Part shown: piece by piece, positions 51,964 to 62,873 of the stretch | Layout of the letters: the number at the start of each line of letters is the position of its first letter | Numbering within the stretch: the first letter of the stretch is position 1 | DNA from: Nitrospirota bacterium | GTDB lineage: Bacteria; Nitrospirota; Nitrospiria; Nitrospirales; Nitrospiraceae | Length of the DNA: 64,000 bases | Assembly: GCA_963703955.1 (NCBI GenBank) | Contig: CAVPGK010000010.1 | Span: 128,001 to 192,000 of the forward strand | Direction of reading: 5' to 3' | Notes under the pieces: model-generated | Told to the model about the DNA's origin: nothing | Database searches by the model: none | The model's input: the letters and a program-made list of their open reading frames with translations, nothing else | Position numbers and translations under genes: made by a program

Positions 51964-52650
51964 GTGACCAGAATGATCTCCGTCATCATTCCCACCTACA
52001 ACGAGGAAAAGGCCTTGCCGATGACGCTGGGCCACCTGCTGGCGCAATCGGGTGACTATGAAGTGCTGGTGGTGGATGGAGGCAGCACAGACCAGACGCG
52101 AGACACCGTGTCGATCATGCCGAACGTTCGCCTGATGACGGCCCCAAAAGGCCGGGCCTGCCAGATGAATACCGGCGCCACGCTGGCCACGGGCGAGTGG
52201 CTCTTGTTCCTTCACGCAGATACACGACTACCCGAGGGGGCGTTAGCCAGACTCAACGCCATGGAAGCGGATGAATCGGTTCAGGCCGGAGGGTTTTTGC
52301 ACAGCTTCTCGGGGCATGATTGGCGCCTGAGACTGGTTTCCTACCTCGACAATTTCCGATGCCGACATTCTCGGATTATCTATGGAGACCAGGCTCTATT
52401 CGTGCGACGAACTCTCTTCGAACGACTTGGGGGATTCCCGGACCAGCCGATCTTGGAGGACGTGGCCTTGGGCGAAAAGCTGGCTCGCTTCACCTTGCCG
52501 ATCCTCCTTCAACCTCCGGTCATCACCGATTCACGAAAGTTCGTCAAAATGGGCGTGTGGCGCAGCTTCGCGCGCGTGCTGCTCATCATCCTCCACGTCG
52601 AGTTTCGCCTGCCATTCCTCCCGCGCGTCTTCTTTCAGGATGTTCGTTGA
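51964..52650 (+). CDS. GT2 glycosyltransferase (TIGR04283-like)
   Basis: ISVIIPTYNEE, VDGGSTD, GRA.QMN.GA, LFLHAD, YGDQ, GGFP...LED. Confidence 0.88.
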   Translation: MTRMISVIIPTYNEEKALPMTLGHLLAQSGDYEVLVVDGGSTDQTRDTVSIMPNVRLMTAPKGRACQMNTGATLATGEWLLFLHADTRLPEGALARLNAMEADESVQAGGFLHSFSGHDWRLRLVSYLDNFRCRHSRIIYGDQALFVRRTLFERLGGFPDQPILEDVALGEKLARFTLPILLQPPVITDSRKFVKMGVWRSFARVLLIILHVEFRLPFLPRVFFQDVR

Positions 52651-52931
52651 AACCCGGTTGAGCAAGCGCTTGTCGGTTTCGTAGACACGGGCCACGGCTT
52701 ACGGCGAGCCGGACACCGTCGGCCGACGGAATCAATGGAACCATGTTTTTGAATTGCGGTAGTATGTGACCGACACACCCCCGGCATCGATGAAGAGTAT
52801 CCCGCGGGATTAAATGGTTCGATGGATGGACAGTGGACGATCATTGGAGCCACCTTTAGCAAGCAAAGACTGTTCATGGACGAAGAGGTTTGTCGGCCGG
52901 CTTCGCGCGTGACCTCGCGTGCAGGTGGTAG

Positions 52932-53507
52932 ATGCACATTGCACCGGATGCTTCGGATGAAGTGGAACTGGTAGCGCGTAGCCTGAGGCAGGATCGCGAG
53001 GCCTTCGGCGAGTTGATCGAGCGCTATGCTCCTCCGATCTTGAATATAGTCGTTCGCATGGTCGGCCAAGAAACCGACGCCTACCAGGTTGCTCAGGAGA
53101 CGTTTCGCTCGGCGTTCAACACTCTTTCAACTTTCCGGGCGGACTCGAAATTTTCAACCTGGCTCTACCGTATCGCCGTCACTGCATGTCACGATTGGCT
53201 CCGGAGGCATCAGACCGAGGGCCCAACCGGTAACCCAGACGCCGAGTCTGTGCCGGAGGGCATCATCGATCACGGTACAACGGAATACCAACCGTCGGAA
53301 AAGCCGTCGGTTGATCAACTGGATCGCGCGATTCGAGCGCTGCCATGGGTGTACCGAGAGGCCTTCATTCTCAAACACATCGGAGGACTCGGTTACGAGG
53401 AGATCAGCGACATTCTCGATGTCAGCCGGGACACGCTCAAGATGCGTGTCTACAGAGCCCGCTCCAGGCTGTGTCGGGACCTGGTCCAGCTCAGAGGCGA
53501 AGGATAG
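52932..53507 (+). CDS. ECF sigma factor
   Basis: AFGELIERY, QETF, KFSTWLYRIA, YEEISDIL...TLKMRVYRAR. Confidence 0.88.
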   Translation: MHIAPDASDEVELVARSLRQDREAFGELIERYAPPILNIVVRMVGQETDAYQVAQETFRSAFNTLSTFRADSKFSTWLYRIAVTACHDWLRRHQTEGPTGNPDAESVPEGIIDHGTTEYQPSEKPSVDQLDRAIRALPWVYREAFILKHIGGLGYEEISDILDVSRDTLKMRVYRARSRLCRDLVQLRGEG

Positions 53508-53527
53508 CACCGGACCCTAGGTGGGTG

Positions 53528-53887
53528 ATGGATATGGATGAGCCGGAACTGTTGATGCAGCGGTTTGTGGACAACGACCTGACGGCGGAAGAACGCATCC
53601 GGCTACTGCGAATGCTCGATCAGGATAAGGCCCTGCGGCGGCATCTGTTGGATACCGAAGCCCTGATCGCTGACGCCGCACACCTCCCGAGATTTGTTCC
53701 GCCAATCGGGTTTCGGGGTCAGGTGTGCGATCGCCTGGCCGTGCGGCAACCCAGCATCATGACGCGAGCGCGGATTCTGCTGACCGAGCCACATGTCTTT
53801 CGATGGAATGTTGCGGGCGCCCTCGCCGCCGGACTTCTACTGTTGGCTGTGGCGTGGTTTTGGGTGAGCCACTGGCCTGGTAGGTGA
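53528..53887 (+). CDS. Putative anti-sigma factor (short, possibly C-terminally truncated)
   Basis: Directly follows the ECF gene; anti-sigma-like N-terminus plus one TM helix, then ends. Confidence 0.6.
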   Translation: MDMDEPELLMQRFVDNDLTAEERIRLLRMLDQDKALRRHLLDTEALIADAAHLPRFVPPIGFRGQVCDRLAVRQPSIMTRARILLTEPHVFRWNVAGALAAGLLLLAVAWFWVSHWPGR

Positions 53888-54254
53888 TCGCGGAGGGCGA
53901 TTTCTTCCCGAGGCGATCCCTTCGATAACTTCTCCGCCAAGATGAAGTGAGGCCGCCACCAGAAGGATTCCCACCTCAACTTCAGCCAATAACCATTGTT
54001 CAGTCAAGCTATGACGCGGTAGGTCGCTGAGAACCTTCTTGCAATCAGGCTGTGGAACCACCGTCATGTCAATGGCTTGTGGGCCCAGATTGTAAAGGCA
54101 TGATCGTGCTACGCCCGAGCGAACCCATCACGCCCGTGGTCCTGAGAGCACAAGGCGGTCATAGCCGGAAACATTGACAAATCTCACGTCACCCCTAATA
54201 CTTTGAAATGATCGCTCCAGGTATCAATGATACGCGAGAAACTCTCGGTAATTC

Positions 54255-55736
54255 ATGCTTTCCACTGACCGCGTGAGTGTCATGGCTCAAACTCCCTCCA
54301 TTTCCATCCTCCTCGCGAACGCCGAAGCCGAAGAGATCAAGACGACAACCATGGGGATGCGGGTTGTGTTCCCCGGGTGTCGGGTCGAAGCCGTGTACTC
54401 TTCGGAGGAAGCGCTGGAATGGGCTTCGAGGTACGCCTGGGATGTCATTCTGCTGGACGATCGATTACTGCAGGAAAGCTGGTTGACCATGATTCCTGAG
54501 TTCAAGCAGCGTGCCCCGAAAGCCACGGTCATTACACAGACGGAACAGAATGATATCGGCATTGCCATGGAGGCAATCCGCGCCGGTGCGGAACATTGCT
54601 TCTATAAGAAGTCCGCCACGTTTCTGACCGACTTGCCGGTCATCACGAAAGCGTTGTTGGAAAAGCGGCAGATACCGGTGATGCTGGAGCGTGTCACGGA
54701 TCATTTCGTGCCGTTGGCTGAGCATATGACGGAAGTGGTGTATGAGTTGGACCCTGAAGGTCGGTTTGTCAACGTGAGTCCCGGAGTTGTGTCATTGCTC
54801 GGCTATGGCCCGGAGGAACTGATCGGCTGTCATTTTTCTCAAATAGTCCCCGCCGAAGAATTCCACCTGGCTCAGTATCATCTGAACGAGCGGCGCACGG
54901 GGGAGCGGGCGACCCACAATGCGGAACTGCATCTCATCACGAAGCGGGGAGGGGAGAAGCAGCCCCAGATGGTCGAGGTCGAACTCACCGCCATGGGCGT
55001 CTACAATCAGGAACGACAACTCCTGGGAACAGTCGGGGTGATCCGCGACGTTCGAGGGCGCAAGCAGGCCCTTCGGCAGCGCGAAGAGCAGTTGCGGCAG
55101 GAATTGCAGCGGCGTGAAGAAGAGCTCCGTCAAGAGTTCAAGCAACGCGAAGAACACCTCGGCAAGGAATACCACGAGTGGGAGACCAAGCTGGAACGAG
55201 AATTAGGACGTCGCGAGGAGCAACTCCGCCAGGAATTTCAGGAACGTGAAGAGCAGTTTCGGCAAGATCAGGTACGCCATGAGCAGCGTCAGGATCTTTC
55301 CTCAAACGCGGATTCGCCGCATCTATCGGGGACCATTCTACTCGTTGAAGCGCAGGACACCGTCCGTGGCCTCACTCGTGAGGTTCTCCAACGACATGGC
55401 TACACGGTCCTGGAAGCCCCTGACGCCTCTGAAGCTCTGGCCATCTGCAAGACTCAGAAAGGTCCAATTCATCTCCTCGTGACCGATGTGGCCAAGCCTG
55501 GGACGATCGGGCTCGAGCTGGCCAGTCGGCTGACGTTGATGCGATCTGAAATGAAGGTCCTATACCTCTCGGGATATCTGAACGATACGAAAACCCATCT
55601 TAGTCTGCTGACTAGAGGCATTGGGTTCCTTCAGAAGCCATTCACGCCGGATACCTTGATCCACAAGATTGCCGAAATGGTAAACGTCTCTCAAGGTACC
55701 GAGAGCCCGTCTATGAGATTGACCATCATCCCATAA
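54255..55736 (+). CDS. REC - PAS - coiled-coil - REC signalling protein without kinase core
   Basis: N-terminal REC (DVILLD), PAS (YELDPEGRFVNVS..LLGY.PEELIG), 11-aa repeats, C-terminal REC (LLVTD, SGY, LQKPF). Confidence 0.8.
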   Translation: MLSTDRVSVMAQTPSISILLANAEAEEIKTTTMGMRVVFPGCRVEAVYSSEEALEWASRYAWDVILLDDRLLQESWLTMIPEFKQRAPKATVITQTEQNDIGIAMEAIRAGAEHCFYKKSATFLTDLPVITKALLEKRQIPVMLERVTDHFVPLAEHMTEVVYELDPEGRFVNVSPGVVSLLGYGPEELIGCHFSQIVPAEEFHLAQYHLNERRTGERATHNAELHLITKRGGEKQPQMVEVELTAMGVYNQERQLLGTVGVIRDVRGRKQALRQREEQLRQELQRREEELRQEFKQREEHLGKEYHEWETKLERELGRREEQLRQEFQEREEQFRQDQVRHEQRQDLSSNADSPHLSGTILLVEAQDTVRGLTREVLQRHGYTVLEAPDASEALAICKTQKGPIHLLVTDVAKPGTIGLELASRLTLMRSEMKVLYLSGYLNDTKTHLSLLTRGIGFLQKPFTPDTLIHKIAEMVNVSQGTESPSMRLTIIP

Positions 55737-55992
55737 CCTCAGTTCTTGCCTCCTTTCCGTCTTGATCAAGCCTCCGCTTTGCTTAATCTCCCTCATCACC
55801 TGCTGTCGCGCGTGCGCTTAGAGCCGAAAGACATCAGGTCACGGCAGCCTGGCGCAAACCCCGACGACTGAACTCCGCTCTTTCTCCAACAGGAGCAGAA
55901 ATCGGAAAGGGGAGAAGGTAATCACTAGGGAGAGCAGAAGGGGGCCCAGACAGGAGTGATCTGGGCCCCTCGAAGCGTAAGATCCGGCAGGC

Positions 55993-56526
55993 TCATTGGC
56001 AGTTCGGTGGAGGGACGCCAGCGGGGAACATCCTCGCCAGCGCAACCCACCGGGGAACATCTTGGGTGAGGGGGAATGTCACGCCTCCGCCTGTTTGCAG
56101 GTTCATTGCGAGCCATTCCTTATACAGATTACAGACATTCGTGGGATCGGACAGATTCACCCTCTGACTCGATTCACCTGGGAGAGTCGGTGGACCCATG
56201 AGCGTCCTAACGGATGCCATGGACATTCCTGTAGGGAGGATGAGGACCTTCCCTTTCGACTCATACGGTTGACAAAGAAGCTCTACACGATTCGTAAATG
56301 TGCCGTCTTCGCACCTATACATGGGTTCCTCCGCCCATGCGGGAGACGCCGACACGAAGGCCATGACGATCATGATTAGGTATAACAAGGTAGTACCTCC
56401 GGTTAAGGGTTGAAGCTGAGGACTGATTCTATGTGTCTTGCAACCGTTCCACTTAAATCGACGTTTTCTCTTCGCGAGCCGAAAGAATCCAGAAAATTTC
56501 ATGTCATTGACCGGTAGATCCATCAT
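55993..56526 (-). CDS. Exported hypothetical protein (true start probably internal)
   Basis: Signal-like ASPAWA followed by MYRCEDGTFTN. Confidence 0.55.
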   Translation of the reverse strand: MMDLPVNDMKFSGFFRLAKRKRRFKWNGCKTHRISPQLQPLTGGTTLLYLIMIVMAFVSASPAWAEEPMYRCEDGTFTNRVELLCQPYESKGKVLILPTGMSMASVRTLMGPPTLPGESSQRVNLSDPTNVCNLYKEWLAMNLQTGGGVTFPLTQDVPRWVALARMFPAGVPPPNCQ

Positions 56527-56859
56527 TACCTATCAACCCGTCGACAGTAGCATAATAAACCACAACACTGTACGTATTCAAGTCTAAGTAATTCATGTAC
56601 CTCATTGCCCTCCCACTCCTGGGCGAATATTGAATCTACCCCTACCATCCTTCGAACCCGGAGCTTCCCGTCGAGTCCACGGTGACTGTGGAGGTAGCCT
56701 ATGCTACGTGAATTTACATGCTTGTGGCAAGACGGGCCAACACCGCGTCGATATTGATCAAATAGATCGGGGGGACAGCCTTCCCCAACTCTGATTGAAA
56801 CCTGATTTCAGATGAGCGCGTCCTTGCTGCCTACGCCAAGCATGGTATAGTCTGCCGCC

Positions 56860-57498
56860 ATGGCAGGGCAGGACTATTACCGGACACTCAGGGTTCCACG
56901 GGACGCTTCTAATGAAGAGATTAAGAAGGCCTACCGCAAGCTGGTCTTCGAGCACCACCCTGACCGGAATCCGAACAGCAAAGAGGCCGAGGCGGCAATT
57001 CGCGAGATCAACGCCGCCTATGAGGTCATCGGCGACCCGGACTCCAGAAAAACCTATGACCGGCTGAGGTTTGGCGATGAGATCATTGCCGAAACGCCCG
57101 ACCTGGGGGTGGTCCTCCAGCACATGGAGGACAAGCTCTTTGACGAGGGACGGAAGGACCTGTTTACGGTCCTGATGAAAAATGTCGGGCTGATCAAATC
57201 GGAGCTGGCACTCATTCGGACGCGAACGGTTGAGGCGCAGGGTTATGACTCGTTCAAGGAGAGTATTGTGTTGCAGCGCGCGGCGGAAGCCCTGCCTGAC
57301 CTGCTCACACCCGACATGGAAGCCAGGAAAAAACGACTCCTCGATGTGGCCGTTCAGATGATGATCTCTCAGCGCGTCGTCGGCAAAGAGGATGAACAGG
57401 GGGTCAATGTCATGCGCGATCGATTTGAAGACGTGTATCGGCGAGGGCTGCTGGTAGGATTTCAGAGTGCGTTGGAGTTATTTTACGTGCGGCGATGA
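56860..57498 (+). CDS. J-domain (DnaJ-like) protein
   Basis: DYY..L.V...AS.EEIKKAYRKL...HPDRN...INAAYEV. Confidence 0.9.
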   Translation: MAGQDYYRTLRVPRDASNEEIKKAYRKLVFEHHPDRNPNSKEAEAAIREINAAYEVIGDPDSRKTYDRLRFGDEIIAETPDLGVVLQHMEDKLFDEGRKDLFTVLMKNVGLIKSELALIRTRTVEAQGYDSFKESIVLQRAAEALPDLLTPDMEARKKRLLDVAVQMMISQRVVGKEDEQGVNVMRDRFEDVYRRGLLVGFQSALELFYVRR

Positions 57499-57524
57499 AA
57501 GGCGGCCGTCCCTACTTGCCGACG

Positions 57525-58262
57525 CTAGGCACCACGTCTCCGTGCGGTGAGCGTGAGGAACTCGTGGCCGTCGGTGCGGTGTTTCGCTGGGAAGTGGTGG
57601 AAGCAGAAGTACTCCAAGGTGTCCACGGTGAAGCCAGCCTCCTCCGCGCAACGGCGCAGCACGTCCTTCTCAAAGATATGCACCATCGGCGGGAGTCTCT
57701 CCTTCCAATCCGGCGTCGCGACGGTGCGAGGATCGAACATGCCAGGCCAGCGTTCGCCGCCGCGCGCTCGCTTCTCATACTCCGGCCGTAATTTGCGATA
57801 GAAGCTCAGGCTGGGCGTCATCACGACCACGTAGAACGCCCCGCCCGGTTCGAGCCAGCGTCGAACGCTGTGGAAGGCGAGCTCGACCGTCGGTCCATCG
57901 AAAAAATGCAGCACTTGCGCGGCAAGCACTCCGCTCAAACTGCCATCAGCGAGGCGAATCTCCTCGGGAAACCGCGCCGGCATCAGCACGAGACGCTTGC
58001 GATCCTCTGCGGACGCGGCCGAGGCCAGCACGCCGAGCTCGGAGGCCGAGAGGTCGTTGGCAATCACCGTGGCTCCGGCGCGCAGGGCGGGCAGCGTGGT
58101 GTTGCCGAAGGCCGCGCCGATTTCCAGCAGCGGACGACCGGCCCTGCCGGCCAGCTCGATGAACGCCTCCGCTGCGGGCGAGGGCTCCTCGGTCATGATG
58201 CCCATGGCGTTGTCGGTCGGGATTAACCCGTCCTCGACGGCTCTCGGCCAGTGCTCGTTCAT
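57525..58262 (-). CDS. Class I SAM-dependent methyltransferase (probable second gene cassette)
   Basis: LLEIGAAFG, ANDLS, VLHF, WLEPGG; lies directly downstream of the attC. Confidence 0.85.
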   Translation of the reverse strand: MNEHWPRAVEDGLIPTDNAMGIMTEEPSPAAEAFIELAGRAGRPLLEIGAAFGNTTLPALRAGATVIANDLSASELGVLASAASAEDRKRLVLMPARFPEEIRLADGSLSGVLAAQVLHFFDGPTVELAFHSVRRWLEPGGAFYVVVMTPSLSFYRKLRPEYEKRARGGERWPGMFDPRTVATPDWKERLPPMVHIFEKDVLRRCAEEAGFTVDTLEYFCFHHFPAKHRTDGHEFLTLTARRRGA

Positions 58263-58344
58263 GGATATGACGCCTCCAATTGGCCGGGGACGGGGCCTGC
58301 AAACAGCGCGGCGAAGTACTGCACCTTCCGTCGGTCACTCGTCC

Positions 58345-58405
58345 AGCTAACGTTGGGCGTCAGCCGCGGCCGCTTGCGGGCGTCGGTTGCACGCCATGGT
58401 TAGAA
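58345..58405 (-). other. Integron attC recombination site (61 bp)
   Basis: Minus strand TTCTAAC-CATG-GCGTGCAACCGACG-CCCGCAAGCGGC-CGCGGCTGACGC-CCAAC-GTTAGCT: R'' and R' boxes, paired L boxes with two extrahelical bases, and a central hairpin. Confidence 0.88.
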
Positions 58406-59169
58406 GGCGAAACTTCCGGAGACCACAGTTTCCGCCAACTGGCGATCAACTGTTTTGTTTGTCGATGTTGTGGAAACCGCGACGTGATGTTGAGAGCACG
58501 GCACGCACCATCATAGAGATCTACTACCGAATTGGCCGTGATGTGCAGAAATCGTTCGACATCGCCGTGGCGGATTGGCGACTTACCACGAACAGGTTCG
58601 TATGTGACTCGCTTCCGCTTGACCTCGAATACTCCCATCCGTCGGTCGTGGATAATCTCGTTTCGTTTGGTCGAGAGCCATTCAATGTCCTTTTCACTCG
58701 CAGTGAACTTAAATCCGTGATGCTCTCTCAATTCCCTGAATCGGTTAGCGACGCTCCATTGAGAACGGTCACGAACTCGTCGCTTTACGATGTCATGAAG
58801 CAGTTCCTCGACGGATCTTGCGTCAAGAATCTTCCCAAGCTTTACCTGCACTTATTCGCCAAGGTTTGCTGGGTTTTTCAGATACAGTGCTTCTTCTACC
58901 TCCGCAAGAATAGCCTCCAGCCACGAGAAGGCTAAGACAACCGAGCTTTCCTGAAAGATAACGTCAAAGTAGCTATATTCATGCGGTGTAACGTTCCTAA
59001 GTTCCTTCACAACAGGAAGGTCGACAGATTCATATAGCCCACGATTCCGCACATTCACATCGAGAATGCAGATTTGCGCTGTATTTCCAGTGATCCGGTA
59101 AAGGGTCAGCTGAAAATAACCGTGCACGAGAGTGCTCGCTGCTTTCAGAAAGGCTTCGCGAGAATCCAC
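58360..59169 (-). pseudogene. Cassette-borne HEPN-motif protein interrupted by an in-frame TAA
   Basis: ORFs 58852..59169 and 58360..58851 are in one frame separated by a single stop; RNEIIH (RxxxxH) motif; lower GC than the flanks. Confidence 0.7.
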
Positions 59170-59199
59170 TGGAGTCGCCTTCTAACTTGTATCTTTACT

Positions 59200-60351
<1,152 letters not shown>

Positions 60352-60601
60352 AACTGAACACAGTTGCTATTAAGTGTGCTGCAGGCCACCTGTGCAGCAT
60401 AGCGTGGTGACCTGAAAGCTCAACTGACGCGAAAGTCTACTGCAAACTCGCAGGGTTATCTAGTGGGTGGCCCTGCGTCGCCCGCCTGGATAGACGGTGA
60501 ATCCTGCAGTCTATCCAGCTCCCAGCCCGCAGTGGATCCCAGCAGACAACTTGCAGTCAGAGACGGTCCGCCGGGCTGTCTCCGTGTCTATTCGGAATGA
60601 G

Positions 60602-61009
60602 CTATTCCGGCAAGGTCACTAGGTTGCAATGGGCGGCAATTCGCAAGAAATCTTTGTCCGCTGTGAGCAGCGGAAACCCGTGCTGGAAGCAGGCTGCCGC
60701 GATCAGAAAGTCGATTGGGCTGGCCAGAACTCCTTTGGTTCGACAGAGCGATCGGACTCGCGCTGCAGCCACGTAGATCTGGCGGTCCAATTCGAGAAGC
60801 GGAAAAGCATCCATGAGGGAGAGCAAGCGGTCGAATTGTTGAGGAGATCTGAGGCCGTCTAAGAGTTCCTGGAGAATATTGCCGATCAAGAAGATCCCAT
60901 CTCCTGATTCCAGGTGCCGGCGAAAAGCGAGAACATGGGGGTTAGCCTCATTAACGCGCGGCCTTCTCAACACCAGCGACCATACGGAGGTATCAACGAC
61001 CAGATTCAC
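60602..61009 (-). CDS. vapC: VapC PIN-domain toxin
   Basis: VVDTSVW, QELL, DFLIAA, LLTADKDF. Confidence 0.9.
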   Translation of the reverse strand: MNLVVDTSVWSLVLRRPRVNEANPHVLAFRRHLESGDGIFLIGNILQELLDGLRSPQQFDRLLSLMDAFPLLELDRQIYVAAARVRSLCRTKGVLASPIDFLIAAACFQHGFPLLTADKDFLRIAAHCNLVTLPE

Positions 61010-61205
61010 GGCCTCGACGATCTTTCTTGTAGTCCCAGGTTTTGCGGAACTCGATGGTGCCGAGAGCTTTCAGGATCTCGCGTTGTCGTCTCCGTTGGAT
61101 GAACTCCGTCAAGGCTTGCGTGACCGTCTCTTTCTTCGTGCGGAGTTTCCCGATGCGACGGGCCCGCTCGAGCAGCGCATCATCGATGGCCAGATTGGTC
61201 GCCAT
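60993..61205 (-). CDS. vapB: VapB antitoxin
   Basis: MATNLAIDDALLERA...TKKETV..AL.EFI; overlaps the vapC start. Confidence 0.88.
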   Translation of the reverse strand: MATNLAIDDALLERARRIGKLRTKKETVTQALTEFIQRRRQREILKALGTIEFRKTWDYKKDRRGRESGR

Positions 61206-61294
61206 GTAAACCTCCATGTGTAAGAACTACACATAGAGTAACGCATGCGGGTAAAATGTGTCAAACTGGCGACCAGAGTGCCCTTCGTGCCCAA

Positions 61295-61430
61295 GATTCC
61301 CCGCCCGATAGTCGTGGCCGATCAGGACAGAATAGATTGGCCCTGTAGGATGGACGGACTTGAAACGAAGACTCGGATGGTTCGGATTCTGGTGGAAGAG
61401 TCGATAGATCCGACGCACAGACGTTGAACT
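61295..61430 (-). pseudogene. Remnant of a RelE/ParE-like toxin
   Basis: YRLFHQNPNHPSLRFKSVH...IYSVLIGHDYRA, lacking a normal start and end. Confidence 0.6.
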
Positions 61431-61582
61431 TCTGTCGGCAAGTGGTGTCCGAGATTCACAATTTGTCGCATCAAGCTTCTCCGTCCGCCCGGCACGATGC
61501 TCTGCCAATTTCCAACCTTAGTTTATGCTTTTGCCCACCATGTTAATTCATGTCCACGCTCTAAGATTTTCAGTCCACTGCC

Positions 61583-62812
61583 CTAAGACTCAGACAGCGG
61601 TCCGCTCGCGAACTTGCCCGCCTGCATCACTCCGGCGATCCGGGTTCGATCCCGAAGCAGGTTGATCCGCCTCAGAGGGTTCCCGTCAACAATCAGGAGG
61701 TCCGCCTGTTTGCCGACCTCAATGGTTCCGACTGACTGGTCGATCCCCAACAAGCACGCGGCTCTTGAAGTCCCGGCCATGATGGCTTGCATGGGGCTCA
61801 GGCCAAGGCTGACCATGCGTTCCAATTCCTGCGCATTTTCTCCGTGATAGTTGAACGGCGTTCCCGCGTCGGTTCCCAAGGCGATGGCAATACCGGCGCG
61901 AATCGCCTTCTTGAAGCTGGCGACGTGCCGATCCCGCATGGATCGGGCTCTCTCCAGAGCGGTCGCGGGAATTCCACTCGAGAGGCTGCATCCGGCGGTT
62001 GTGGCCAATGCCGAGAGCGTGGGCACCATGAACACGCTATTGTCGCGCATCAACGCGGCGGCTTCATCATCCATCAATGTGGCATGTTCGATCGAATGAG
62101 CGCCCGCGCGGACGGCATTTTTCATCCCTTCGGCTCCATGGGCGTGGGCGGCCACTCGGCGGCCGGCTCGCCGAGCCTCGGCCATCCCTGCTGTCAATTC
62201 TTCCAGGCTCAGTTGGGCGGAGTCCGGCGAGGTGTCGGGGGTCAGCACGCCGCCGGAAGCGATGAACTTAATGACGTCTGCGCCAGCGGCTAATTGTTCA
62301 CGAACTGCCCCCACGATATCGGTCGGTCCGTCCGCCTGGCGGCCGATGAAGCGGGCGTGACCGCCTGTCATGCAGATCGCCAGGCCGGCCGCGAGAATCC
62401 GAGGTCCCGGTATCAGTCCGGCTGCAATGGCCTGTTTGAGCGCAAACACCGAATGATCTCGAAAGCCGAGGTCGCGAACCGTCGTGAATCCGGCTTCCAG
62501 CGTGCGGCGGGCATAGGTGGCGGCCTTGAGCAGAGTGAATCCAGGGTCTTCATCGCGAATCGTCCGGACCACATCCGCCTCGGCGCCCAGGCACAGGTGA
62601 ACGTGGCAGTCGATGAGACCCGGTAAGACCGTCAGGCCCCGGACGTCTACCTCTCGTGAACCACGCGGAACGGGAGTCGATCTGTCTTCACCCACGGCCA
62701 GGATGCGCGATCCTTGAATCAGAATGGTTGCCCGCTCGCGTACCTGGCCACGACCGTCGATGAGTCGAACCCCCCGCAAGGACAGGACCGTGTTGGCTGC
62801 AGGTTTCTTCAT
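61583..62812 (-). CDS. Metal-dependent amidohydrolase (prolidase-like)
   Basis: PGLIDCHVH, GFTTVRDLG, AHAHG, SIEH, GTDAG, GKQADLL. Confidence 0.9.
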   Translation of the reverse strand: MKKPAANTVLSLRGVRLIDGRGQVRERATILIQGSRILAVGEDRSTPVPRGSREVDVRGLTVLPGLIDCHVHLCLGAEADVVRTIRDEDPGFTLLKAATYARRTLEAGFTTVRDLGFRDHSVFALKQAIAAGLIPGPRILAAGLAICMTGGHARFIGRQADGPTDIVGAVREQLAAGADVIKFIASGGVLTPDTSPDSAQLSLEELTAGMAEARRAGRRVAAHAHGAEGMKNAVRAGAHSIEHATLMDDEAAALMRDNSVFMVPTLSALATTAGCSLSSGIPATALERARSMRDRHVASFKKAIRAGIAIALGTDAGTPFNYHGENAQELERMVSLGLSPMQAIMAGTSRAACLLGIDQSVGTIEVGKQADLLIVDGNPLRRINLLRDRTRIAGVMQAGKFASGPLSES

Positions 62813-62873
62813 GCTGTCGGGAAGCGCAGGTTTACGTGACAGGCCCAGAGCGGTGAGCGACTCGAACCTACTC

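Noticed and set aside
57480..57530. Second attC after the methyltransferase
   Set aside because: Only GCCTAGC, a poor R'' box, is present, with no paired L boxes or R' before the convergent J-domain gene.
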